Shown here in pieces: positions 13,153 to 21,655 of a DNA stretch of 32,000 nucleotides. How positions within the stretch are numbered: the stretch's first letter is position 1; each line of letters opens with the position of its first letter. Source of the DNA: Desulfobulbus propionicus DSM 2032 (GTDB taxonomy: Bacteria; Desulfobacterota; Desulfobulbia; Desulfobulbales; Desulfobulbaceae); assembly GCF_000186885.1 (NCBI RefSeq), contig NC_014972.1:3720001-3752000 (forward strand), in the 5' to 3' direction. Both the position numbers and the translations under genes were made by a program. Under the pieces are notes generated by a model. It ran no database searches and was not told the DNA's origin. It worked only from the letters and a program-made list of their open reading frames with translations.

Positions 13153-14005
13153 CCTGCAGACACATGTCCGCCTTGTTGAGGGTGTAGAGATGGACACCGG
13201 GGGCCCCGCCGGCGAGCAGCCCCTTGACCTGTTCGCGCGCGTAGGCCACGCCGATCTCGTAGACCGCCTCGGCCCCGCCCTCGTCGTGGGCCTTGATCAG
13301 GGCGTTGATCAACCGGCCCGGAATGCGGGCATTGCACATCTCCAGGACAAAACGCAGCGAACCCAGATTGCGGATGGGCAGGATGCCCGGCACGATGGGC
13401 ACGTTCACGCCCCGGACCCGCAGCCGTTCCACATAGTCGAAGTAGGTCCGGTTGTCGAAATACAGCTGGGTGATGACGAAATCGGCCCCGCACTCCACCT
13501 TGCGCTGCATGACTTCAAGGTCCGCCGCAAAGGAGGGGGCCTCGGCATGGCCTTCGGTGAATCCGGCCACGCCGATGGCCAACCGCGGATGATGGCTGCG
13601 GATATAGGTCACTAGGTCCGAGGCATGGGGGAAGGCGGCGAACAGTTCTGCATCGCTGCCGGTGAAGCCGGTCGGCCGGTCGCCGCGCAGGGCAAGCACG
13701 TTGTCGATACCCAGGGCCTTGATGGCCTCCAGGAAGCCGTCGATTTTCTCCGGATTGGCGGTAACCCCGGTCAGGTGAGGCATGACCTCAAAGCCGCAGC
13801 TGGTGATCAGCCGCTCGCAGATCTCCAGAGTGTTGCTTTGGGTGGAACCGCCGGCGCCGTAGGTCACCGAGGCGAATAGAGGGTGCAGTTGCTTGAGTTC
13901 CTGGGCCACTTCGAGGAAAGCCGGCCACTCTTCCTGCTTTTTCGGCGGGAAAAATTCGAGGGAAACAAACGGCCTGCGTTCTTTGATCAGTTGCGGAATC
14001 TGCAT
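13133..14005 (-). CDS. metF: 5,10-methylenetetrahydrofolate reductase
   Basis: FVSLEFFPPK, SVTYGAGGST, VMPHLT, LALRGD and ITQLYFD motifs. AAGGAG RBS. Confidence 0.9.
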   Translation of the reverse strand: MQIPQLIKERRPFVSLEFFPPKKQEEWPAFLEVAQELKQLHPLFASVTYGAGGSTQSNTLEICERLITSCGFEVMPHLTGVTANPEKIDGFLEAIKALGIDNVLALRGDRPTGFTGSDAELFAAFPHASDLVTYIRSHHPRLAIGVAGFTEGHAEAPSFAADLEVMQRKVECGADFVITQLYFDNRTYFDYVERLRVRGVNVPIVPGILPIRNLGSLRFVLEMCNARIPGRLINALIKAHDEGGAEAVYEIGVAYAREQVKGLLAGGAPGVHLYTLNKADMCLQVMDGLL

Positions 14006-14174
14006 TCTCGTACTCCTTGTCCATGATCCTGACGGTCAGATGGCGTTACGCACCGTCGGGCCGTCAGGGTGAAATCGACCTCTGGTCTTTTTGTCTAGAC
14101 GACTCTCTCAGGTTCCACCAATCACCTGGCCATGCAGGGATACGCCTGCTGTAACAGGGCCATCCCCATGGCGG

Positions 14175-14507
14175 TTACCGTCGCCGGGTTTTCTTTCCGC
14201 TCCACACCGGGTCCTGACCGAACCGGGCCTGCCACCAATCCTCGGGGTCGTAGATGTCGCGTTCATCGCTGCCGGCATCCTCCCGCCTGAGGGGAAACCG
14301 GTAGTCGGCGCAGTAGTGCATCAGCCGCTCATAGGCGGCGGTGATCCGGTACATCTGCTCGCCGCCCTGCTCACCGGGGGCCGTGTCCGGATGATGGACC
14401 TTGCTCAGGCGATGATAGGCCCGCTTGATCTCGGCCAGCGTCGCCCGCTCGCCGAGCCCCAGCACCTTGGCCGCCTGCTCGATGGCCTGCCACTGTTTGG
14501 CGTTCAC
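14175..14507 (-). CDS. Small J-domain (DnaJ-like) protein, about 110 aa
   Basis: LGLGERATLAEIKRAYHRLSKVHHPD carries the HPD tripeptide. The only in-frame start after the plsY stop is a GTG that overlaps that stop (GTGA). The remainder of the 322-aa track ORF is a shadow frame across plsY. The start coordinate is inferred. Confidence 0.6.
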   Translation of the reverse strand: MNAKQWQAIEQAAKVLGLGERATLAEIKRAYHRLSKVHHPDTAPGEQGGEQMYRITAAYERLMHYCADYRFPLRREDAGSDERDIYDPEDWWQARFGQDPVWSGKKTRRR

Positions 14508-15121
14508 GTCTCGGCCTCGACCTTCCGTTTCCACGATTTTTCCGTGCCCTTGAGCAGCCGGCCGATGTTCTCCCGGTGCTTGGTCCAGATCATCGCCACG
14601 ATGAACGCCGCCAGGCCCAGCTTCCAAGCCGGGGCATGCAGCAAGGGCAGCCAAAGCAGGATCGAGAGCGAGCCGAGCAGGGAGCCCAGGGAGACAAAGC
14701 CGGAAAGGAAGACCGAGGCAACGAAGACCAGCACACAGCCAAACACCGCCACCGGGGCAAGGCAGAGAAAGGCACCCAGGGCGGTGGCCACGCCCTTGCC
14801 GCCCTTGAAGCGCAGATAGACCGGAAACATGTGGCCCAGCACCGAGGCCGCACCGCACAGGGCGATGATCAGGTCGCGATGCGGGGCGTTCTGGAAGAGC
14901 ATGGCGGTGAGAAACATGGGCACATAGCCCTTGGCGACATCCAGGACCAGGGTCAGGGCGCCCATCTTCTTGCCGAGCAGGCGGGTGACGTTGGTCGCGC
15001 CGATGTTTTTGCTCCCCTCGGTGCGGATATCGATGCCGCTGCGCCGGGACAGCAGCAGGCCAAAGGGAACAGCCCCCAGCAGATAGGACAGAACTATACA
15101 GATAATGGCAAGGCTGTTCAT
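14504..15121 (-). CDS. plsY: Glycerol-3-phosphate acyltransferase PlsY
   Basis: YLLGAVPFG, GSKNIGATN and FKGGKGVAT motifs. 205 aa and hydrophobic. Confidence 0.9.
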   Translation of the reverse strand: MNSLAIICIVLSYLLGAVPFGLLLSRRSGIDIRTEGSKNIGATNVTRLLGKKMGALTLVLDVAKGYVPMFLTAMLFQNAPHRDLIIALCGAASVLGHMFPVYLRFKGGKGVATALGAFLCLAPVAVFGCVLVFVASVFLSGFVSLGSLLGSLSILLWLPLLHAPAWKLGLAAFIVAMIWTKHRENIGRLLKGTEKSWKRKVEAET

Positions 15122-15161
15122 ACGCGTTTGTTATGCGGGTCAAAAAATGACAGGCAAGGCA

Positions 15162-16022
15162 TTAGGCCTTGTTGTGCCGAAAGATCATTTCCAGTTCGCA
15201 GGCCGCGGCATAGGCGCCGATCTCCTCCTGGAGCAGGCGGACATAGGGACAGTCCACCACCGCCAGGAGGGATTGGCGCAGCCGCAGGGCTGGCTGTCCT
15301 TGGTGTTCGACCGATTCGACCACATAGGGAAAGATCTGCGGTCGGCGGCAGACCTCGGGACGGTGCGGGTAGACCCGGCAGCGGCCCGACAGCTCCAGGT
15401 TGGGACAGCGGCTGGCCGTGGGCAGGATCACGCTCCAGCCAGGCTGCCAGTGGATCAGCAGCGGGTCGGTGCGATCGTAAAACTCGCCGTTCGCCACCTG
15501 CAGCGGCGGTTCGTCCCCTGGCCGGCAGGAGCGGGAGGCCGACGTGTCAACCCGCGTGAGCGGGAACAACTCGTGTTCGCCCGGCCGCAGCGGAATCTCA
15601 AACCAGGTCTGGGCCATCTCCGCCTCCGGTCCGACACAGCACAGGACGCAGCCGCAGGGCGCGCACAGCAGGCTGTTGATTCGTTCCAGCTCGCGGGTGA
15701 GCACGCGTTGCGCCACCAGGGCCGTGGTCGCGCTCAGAGCCTCCAACGGCTGGCCGTCGATGTCGATCACCCGTTCCCGGGGCGGCTGGCCGGCCTTGAA
15801 CGCTGCCAGGGGTTGGAGCAGATCGCTGTAGGGCGCCAGGATCGTCGCCGCGTCGGCATAGCAGGCAAAACCGGTCTCGATCTCCGCTGGCAGCTCGGCA
15901 ATCACCTCGTCCACGGTGGCAAAGTCGCCGGTCAGGAACAAGAACTGAACAATCGAGACCAGGGGCAGGACCGGCTGCCGCAACAGGGCACATCCTTCCG
16001 TCAACGCTTCTTTTTCGACCAT
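15162..16022 (-). CDS. YkgJ-family (UPF0153/COG0727) cysteine-cluster protein with a long N-terminal extension
   Basis: CAPCGCVLCC (CxxCGxCC-like) at aa 120-129, then CPNL...GRCRVYPHRPEVCRRP (C.IY..RP..CR..P pattern). GGGAG RBS. The first ~110 aa match nothing I recognise. Confidence 0.55.
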   Translation of the reverse strand: MVEKEALTEGCALLRQPVLPLVSIVQFLFLTGDFATVDEVIAELPAEIETGFACYADAATILAPYSDLLQPLAAFKAGQPPRERVIDIDGQPLEALSATTALVAQRVLTRELERINSLLCAPCGCVLCCVGPEAEMAQTWFEIPLRPGEHELFPLTRVDTSASRSCRPGDEPPLQVANGEFYDRTDPLLIHWQPGWSVILPTASRCPNLELSGRCRVYPHRPEVCRRPQIFPYVVESVEHQGQPALRLRQSLLAVVDCPYVRLLQEEIGAYAAACELEMIFRHNKA

Positions 16023-16205
16023 GTCGCTCCCAGGAAAAGTTTGGCCCGCACCCTACACAAAAAACCGCCGAAAAACAAGCCGCCAGCTCGCCAACCCCGG
16101 CCACGGGGCGCAGACGGCTTTACTTTGGCCCGCAAACTGATTACATAAAAAAACAACTTTCCACCACCCGGAACGGTGCCGCGCACCACCAACCCATCAC
16201 AGAAA

Positions 16206-16712
16206 ATGGCTATTCGAGAGATTATCACCTATCCGCATCCGGTGCTCCGGCAAAAGGCGGAAAAAATCACCGTCTTTGACCAGGAACTGGCAACCCTGAT
16301 CGAGGACATGGCCGACACCATGTACAATGCCCCCGGTGTCGGCCTGGCGGCCAACCAAATCGGCGTGGCCAGGCAGTTGGTGCTGGTGGACCGCTCCACC
16401 AAGGACAACGAGCGGAACTACCTCGTCCTGATCAATCCGGAGATTTCCGCTGGTGAGGGGTCGGTCACCGACGAGGAGGGCTGCCTGAGCGTGATCGAGT
16501 GCTACGACAAGGTCAAGCGCTTCAAAAAAATTCACGTCACTGCGCTGGACAGGGAGGGCAATCCGCTGGAATTCGACGCCGAAGACCGTTTTGCCCGCAT
16601 CATCCAGCACGAGGTCGATCACCTGCTCGGCACCCTGTTCATCGACCGGCTCAGTTCGCTCAAGCGCGCCCTGTACAAGAAAAAGCTGAAAAAAATCCTC
16701 CAGGACACATGA
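16206..16712 (+). CDS. def: Peptide deformylase
   Basis: GVGLAANQIG, EGCLS and HEVDH motifs. Start set at the ATG at 16206 (MAIREIITYPHPVLR), which is the canonical Def N-terminus. Confidence 0.95.
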   Translation: MAIREIITYPHPVLRQKAEKITVFDQELATLIEDMADTMYNAPGVGLAANQIGVARQLVLVDRSTKDNERNYLVLINPEISAGEGSVTDEEGCLSVIECYDKVKRFKKIHVTALDREGNPLEFDAEDRFARIIQHEVDHLLGTLFIDRLSSLKRALYKKKLKKILQDT

Positions 16713-17653
16713 TGGACCTGCCGCTGCGAATCGTGTTCATGGGCACGCCCGATTTTGCCGTGCCCTCGCTCCAGGCCCTGATCGACGGACCGGAGCAGGT
16801 GGTGGCCGTGGTCTGCCAACCCGACCGCCAGCGCGGCCGGGGCAAGGTGCTCAGCCCGCCGCCGGTCAAGGTGCTGGCCGAACGCCATGGCCTGCCGATA
16901 CTGCAACCGGACTCGGTGCGTACCGAGGTCTTTTTGACGCAGATGCGGGAATTGGCGCCGGATCTGGTGGTGGTGGTGGCCTACGGCAAGATCTTGTCTG
17001 AGAGCCTGTTGCAACTGCCCCGCCTCGGAGCGATCAACGTTCACGGTTCGCTTTTGCCCCAGTATCGAGGTGCGGCGCCGATCCAATGGGCGGTGATCAA
17101 TGGCGAGGCCGAGACCGGCGTCACCATCATGCAGATGGATGCAGGCATGGACACCGGCGACATCCTCCTGATCGTGCCGACACCCATCGGACCGCAGGAG
17201 ACGGCGGGCGAACTGTTTGACCGGTTATCCCAGCTCGGCGGGGCGGCCTTGGTCACGGCCGTCGAGCAGCTCAAGCAGGGCCAGTTACCCCCACGCCCCC
17301 AGAATCACGCCCTGGCCAGCATGGCGCCGATGCTGCGCAAGGAGATGGGCCATCTCGACTGGAACCTGCCCGCCGCCCGGTTGCACTGTCTGATCCGGGG
17401 ACTCGACCCCTGGCCTTCGGCCTACGGCTTCATCGATGGCACGCGCTATCGCTTTTTCTCGCCCGAAATCGTCCCGGTCCGCCCGGCTGATCCGCCCGGT
17501 ACCCTTTGCCGCGTTGACAGCCAGGGCCTGTTGATCGCCACCGGCGAAGACTGCCTGCTTCTTCGCGACATTCAGCCCGAGGGCAAGAAACGGATGCCGG
17601 TGGCCGCCTGCCTGCATGGCATTCGCCTGCAGCCCGGCATGGTTATTACCTGA
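16709..17653 (+). CDS. fmt: Methionyl-tRNA formyltransferase
   Basis: RIVFMGTPDFAVPSL and HGSLLPQYRGAAPIQ. The ATG at 16709 overlaps the def stop (ATGA). The upstream part of the track ORF lies inside def. Confidence 0.95.
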   Translation: MMDLPLRIVFMGTPDFAVPSLQALIDGPEQVVAVVCQPDRQRGRGKVLSPPPVKVLAERHGLPILQPDSVRTEVFLTQMRELAPDLVVVVAYGKILSESLLQLPRLGAINVHGSLLPQYRGAAPIQWAVINGEAETGVTIMQMDAGMDTGDILLIVPTPIGPQETAGELFDRLSQLGGAALVTAVEQLKQGQLPPRPQNHALASMAPMLRKEMGHLDWNLPAARLHCLIRGLDPWPSAYGFIDGTRYRFFSPEIVPVRPADPPGTLCRVDSQGLLIATGEDCLLLRDIQPEGKKRMPVAACLHGIRLQPGMVIT

Positions 17654-18846
17654 TGCTGACCGCCTATCTCGATTGCTTTTCCGGGGTCAGCGGCGACATG
17701 CTGCTCGGCGCCCTGATCGATAGCGGAGTGCCCGAGACCGTGCTGCATCGGGTGGTGGCGGCCCTGCACCTGGACGGTGTCACCCTGCGGGTGGAGCATC
17801 CGATTGTTCAAGGATTTGCCGCCACCCGGGTCAGCGTGGTCTGTCAGCACCGCCACGATGCTCATCACGACCATCACCCGCATCGTCATCTGGCCGAGAT
17901 CAGCGCCCTGCTCCACCGGGCCGACCTGTCGCCACGGGTCCGCGATACCTCCCTGGCCGTCTTCACCCGCCTGGCCGAGGCCGAAGCCGCGGTGCACGGC
18001 ACCACCCTCAACCGCATCCATTTCCACGAGGTCGGCGCGGTCGATGCCCTGGTCGACATCGTCGGCACGGTGGCCGGGATTGAGGCGCTCAACATCGGTC
18101 GTCTGATCTGCTCGCCCCTGCCCCTGACCCGGGGCTGGGTAAACTGCGCCCACGGCGACATTCCCCTGCCCGGACCGGCGGTGTGCCGGCTGCTGGAAGG
18201 GGCGCCGGTCTATGGCGAACACCTGGAACAGGAACTGGTCACCCCGACCGGCGCGGCCCTGGTGGCCGAACTGGCCGACGATTTCGGGCCCATGCCGCCG
18301 ATACGGCTGACGCACACTGGATACGGCGCCGGTTCCCTGCAGCGTGCCGACGGCCGGCCCAACCTGTTGCGCCTCCTTCTCGGCCAAGGCGTCGAGGTGG
18401 CCGAGGTCCAGCAAGTCGAGGTGATCGAGACCCATGTGGACGACTGGAATCCGGAATTCTGGCCCCATGTCAGCGCCCGCTTGATGGCCGAAGGCGCCCT
18501 GGATGTCTGCCTGATCCCCATGCAGATGAAGAAGGGGAGGCCCGGCTTTCTGCTACGGGTGATCGCCGATCCGGCCAGCCGCGATGCCCTCACCACGGTG
18601 CTGTTCAGCGAAACCAGCGCCATCGGCCTGCGCATGCGGCGCGAGCAACGGATCACCCTGCCCCGCGAGACGGTCAGCGTGACCACCCCCTGGGGTGAAT
18701 TGACGGCCAAGAAGATCGTCACCCCCGGCGGCACGGTCATCGCCCCGGAATACGAGGTCTGCCGCCAGGTCGCGGAAGCCCATCGGGTGCCGCTGCGCGA
18801 GGTCTATGCCGCCGTGGAGCGGCACAGTTCTCCGAGGCAGGTCTGA
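17653..18846 (+). CDS. larC: LarC family nickel-insertion protein (DUF111)
   Basis: YLDCFSGVSGDMLLGALID, His-rich HRHDAHHDHHPHRH and FHEVGAVDALVDIVG. The start overlaps the fmt stop by 1 nt (TGATG). Confidence 0.85.
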   Translation: MLTAYLDCFSGVSGDMLLGALIDSGVPETVLHRVVAALHLDGVTLRVEHPIVQGFAATRVSVVCQHRHDAHHDHHPHRHLAEISALLHRADLSPRVRDTSLAVFTRLAEAEAAVHGTTLNRIHFHEVGAVDALVDIVGTVAGIEALNIGRLICSPLPLTRGWVNCAHGDIPLPGPAVCRLLEGAPVYGEHLEQELVTPTGAALVAELADDFGPMPPIRLTHTGYGAGSLQRADGRPNLLRLLLGQGVEVAEVQQVEVIETHVDDWNPEFWPHVSARLMAEGALDVCLIPMQMKKGRPGFLLRVIADPASRDALTTVLFSETSAIGLRMRREQRITLPRETVSVTTPWGELTAKKIVTPGGTVIAPEYEVCRQVAEAHRVPLREVYAAVERHSSPRQV

Positions 18847-18849
18847 GCC

Positions 18850-19308
18850 GTGGACCGCCTGCTGATGTTCATCGCCACCGGAGCCTACAGCGGCTATCTG
18901 CCCAAAGCGCCCGGCACCTGGGGATCGGCGGTGGGCGTGTTGCTCTGGTTGGTCCTTTGTCGCCTGCAGCCGACTTCCTATTGGTCGATCCTGGGCATTC
19001 TGTTCGTGATCGGCGTGTTCAGCGCCGGCGCGGCGGAAAAGATTGTCGACCGGGGCGATCCAAGCCTCGTGGTCATCGATGAGATTGTCGGCCAGTTGCT
19101 TGCCCTCAGCCTGGCTCCCGCGCATCCGGCCGCCGCACTCGCCGGGTTTGCGCTCTTTCGCCTGTTCGATATCCTCAAGCCTTTTCCGGTCGGTTGGGTC
19201 GATACCCATCTCCACGGTGGATTGGGCATCATGCTCGACGATGTGGTGGCCGGACTGTATGCCCTGGCGGTCCTCCAACTCGGTTTGTGGCTGGTGCGGA
19301 TGATGTAG
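18850..19308 (+). CDS. pgpA: Phosphatidylglycerophosphatase A
   Basis: GYLPKAPGTWGS, VIDEIVG and FRLFDILKP motifs. GTG start at 18850; an alternative ATG is at 18865. Confidence 0.85.
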   Translation: MDRLLMFIATGAYSGYLPKAPGTWGSAVGVLLWLVLCRLQPTSYWSILGILFVIGVFSAGAAEKIVDRGDPSLVVIDEIVGQLLALSLAPAHPAAALAGFALFRLFDILKPFPVGWVDTHLHGGLGIMLDDVVAGLYALAVLQLGLWLVRMM

Positions 19309-19455
19309 GGCAGGATGCACGCGGAAAAATTCAGGATAACCGAGGCCATTCCTGGCATCTCCAACATCCTCCGCCCTTGCCCTTTTTGCCCTGACCAAGG
19401 ATGCATCGATGCTCAGGTCGGAGCGATATAAATATACTGTCCCCTGAATTCGCTC

Positions 19456-19495
19456 GACAAACAAACGAGCCCCTTGCGGGAAAGCAAGGGGCTCG
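19456..19495 (-). terminator. Rho-independent terminator downstream of pckG
   Basis: Perfect 12-bp stem: cgagccccttgc (19466-19477) pairs with gcaaggggctcg (19484-19495), with a 6-nt loop. On the minus strand it is followed by TTTGTTTGT. It may also stop pgpA readthrough. Confidence 0.75.
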
Positions 19496-19515
19496 CGGAA
19501 GGTTTGAAAAAATGG

Positions 19516-21450
19516 TTACAGATCCTGTGGTTTGACGATCCCGCCTTTGGCGGCCTTGAGTGCCAGCAGACCGGCCTTCTGTTCGGCATAGACGGCAAAC
19601 AGCCGTTCGGACGCGCCCTGTTCCTTGCGCCAGGCGGCTTCCTGCAGATCGATACGCGCAACCACGTTGTCGATGTAGAGGGAGAACTGCATGGTGTAGA
19701 GTGATTCGGGATATTCCTTGTTGATCTTGTCCGTGAACAGCTTCTTCAGATCCTGGTATTGGGGAATCAGGCCGATGGGCGTTTCAATGGCCTGGACATC
19801 GCCATGGGCATACAGTTCGAGCCACCCCAGCCACACATGGACATCCCGCTTTTCCCCGAGCAATCCCGTGCCGCTCCCGCCCCGCGCCTCGTGGGTCAGG
19901 AAGTAGTTGAGTCCGGCCATGACCGGCTTGCGGGTCATCTTGGGGTTGCCGTAAAAGGCCAGCTGGGCATCGAGGTAATCGGTCAACGGCCCGGCGACAA
20001 AGGGGGTATTGGCCCAAGGCTGACGATTGACACCGCTGGCCCCGATCTCGGCGGCCGTGGCCTTGGAAACGATCGAGGCACCGATGGCCACCCCGGCATC
20101 CATGTTTTTCGCCACCCAGATCGGCGGCATGGTGTTGCTGTCGCGACCGGAGTAGGTGATGACCTCGATCACAAGCCCCTTGGGGTCGGCATTGGCGGCC
20201 CTGTTATGGTTGCCCACGGTCTCCGCCCGCAGGGTGCAGCGCGAATTGGGATGGGACATGGGCACGCCGGTCATGTCCTTGGTCCATTTGCCTTGGAAGT
20301 TGACCCCGCTTTCGGCAAGCGGCTCGCCGTCGCCGGTCCACCGCGGCTTACCCTGCTCGTCGATGAGGACGTTGGAAAAGATCACTTCGGCACCGGGCTG
20401 GCGCAAACATTTCATCAGGTAGGGGTCGCCGTCCTGGTTGACATCCTCGATGATGCCGAAGATGCCAATCTCCGGATTGACCGCCCGCAGGGTGCCGTCG
20501 TGCTCGATCCACATCTGGGCGAGGTCGTCGCCGATAAAATCGCTGCCGACCATGGCGGTGGTGGTCTTGCCGCAACCCGAGGGCGCGGCGCCGGCAAAGT
20601 AGGTCTTTCGACCTCCGGGGCCGGTCATGCCGGTGATGAACATGTGCTCGGAAAGTTCCTCACCGTTGCGCTTGTACATGGCGCAGTCGGAGGCAAAACG
20701 GTGATTGCCCTTTTTCATCAGCAGGGTGTTGCCGGCATAGGTGCAGAGAAAGGAAAAGGTGGTCTGCCAGCTGCGGTCCATGTAGATACGGGCCCGGGGC
20801 ACATCCTCGGAACGGTTTGTCCCTTCGGAGTGGACGTTGGTGAAAAATTCGCCCCTGCGAGCCACCTCGGCGTCAAAGTCGGCAAAACAGTTGCGGTAGA
20901 GCAGCTCGGCGGAATGCATCACATAGGTGGAGCTGGAGATCTCGATGGCCGGGATGGAGGCCTGGGCACCCACGGGCCCGCGGCTGTAGAAGCCGACGAA
21001 CATGGTCTTGCCGCGCATGATGCCGCGCATGGTGTCGCGGATGTATGCATGCGACGTTTCCCGCAGCTCTTTTTTGGCCAGGGAGGAAACCTGTTCGTCG
21101 TCATTGACGATATAGAAGGTCTGGTCAACCATACGGCCTTGGTCTTCGGGCAGGTCGAAATGGATGGTGTGGCCGGGGAGAGCCAGCGGTTTTTCCTCTC
21201 CCTTCTCCAAACTCATCCGCCGCACGGTCGCGCAATCCTCTTCGCTGCCGGTATGGATATACACCTGATCAGGATCACACATGGCAATGGCGTTGGCAAC
21301 CTTGAGCAGCGCCTCTTCATTCTTGATCATGGCGAGCCGGCCGCGATGTTCGTTGTCGAGTCGCTGCTCGAACAGTTTCCTGGCCTCATTGATGGACGTA
21401 ACACCGCCAACCGTTGATAAAATATCAACGCCCTTCTTAAACTCCAACAT
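19516..21450 (-). CDS. pckG: Phosphoenolpyruvate carboxykinase (GTP)
   Basis: P-loop GAAPSGCGKTT and FIGDDLAQM. The length matches GTP-PEPCK. Start set at the ATG at 21450, preceded by GGAGGCAGG; the track start at 21504 lies further upstream in an AT-rich leader. Confidence 0.95.
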   Translation of the reverse strand: MLEFKKGVDILSTVGGVTSINEARKLFEQRLDNEHRGRLAMIKNEEALLKVANAIAMCDPDQVYIHTGSEEDCATVRRMSLEKGEEKPLALPGHTIHFDLPEDQGRMVDQTFYIVNDDEQVSSLAKKELRETSHAYIRDTMRGIMRGKTMFVGFYSRGPVGAQASIPAIEISSSTYVMHSAELLYRNCFADFDAEVARRGEFFTNVHSEGTNRSEDVPRARIYMDRSWQTTFSFLCTYAGNTLLMKKGNHRFASDCAMYKRNGEELSEHMFITGMTGPGGRKTYFAGAAPSGCGKTTTAMVGSDFIGDDLAQMWIEHDGTLRAVNPEIGIFGIIEDVNQDGDPYLMKCLRQPGAEVIFSNVLIDEQGKPRWTGDGEPLAESGVNFQGKWTKDMTGVPMSHPNSRCTLRAETVGNHNRAANADPKGLVIEVITYSGRDSNTMPPIWVAKNMDAGVAIGASIVSKATAAEIGASGVNRQPWANTPFVAGPLTDYLDAQLAFYGNPKMTRKPVMAGLNYFLTHEARGGSGTGLLGEKRDVHVWLGWLELYAHGDVQAIETPIGLIPQYQDLKKLFTDKINKEYPESLYTMQFSLYIDNVVARIDLQEAAWRKEQGASERLFAVYAEQKAGLLALKAAKGGIVKPQDL

Positions 21451-21588
21451 CCTGCCTCCGTGGGATTTTCTCTCTGAATTAATAGGGGGGAACTGTTGTA
21501 CCACAGTTGATTACAAGTTTGTAAAATATAATATTTAGCTCGATTTTCCTGAATACGCAAACAAGAATACGCTATTTTTGAGCTTTTC

Positions 21589-21616
21589 CAAAAAAAGACA
21601 GCCGTCCTTTGACGGC
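21589..21616 (-). terminator. Rho-independent terminator downstream of pyk
   Basis: Minus strand reads GCCGTC-AAAG-GACGGC (21616-21601), then TGTC, then a run of 7 T (21596-21590). Confidence 0.55.
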
Positions 21617-21655
21617 AAGAAACTGGGCACAGGGCGGCACACGCACGGCGCTCTC

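Noticed and set aside
14451-14465. When hand-translating across the C-run near 14457-14461, my base count was 1 nt out of register with the ORF track, suggesting a frameshift
   Set aside because: Both the + strand and - strand track ORFs read through this spot in frame, and their end coordinates check out. I treat this as my own miscount of a homopolymer rather than a real frameshift or pseudogene.
14175-15143. 322-aa track ORF treated as a single gene
   Set aside because: Its N-terminal ~210 aa run in an alternate frame across plsY and are Pro/Arg/Gly junk. Only the last ~110 aa (J-domain, HPD) look real, so it was re-called as 14175-14507.
19308-19390. Possible long-range hairpin (GGGCAGGATG ... 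CATCCTCCGCCC) followed by CCCTTTTTGCC after pgpA
   Set aside because: Imperfect stem and a ~47-nt loop. The perfect 12-bp hairpin at 19466-19495 is a much better terminator candidate for this gap.
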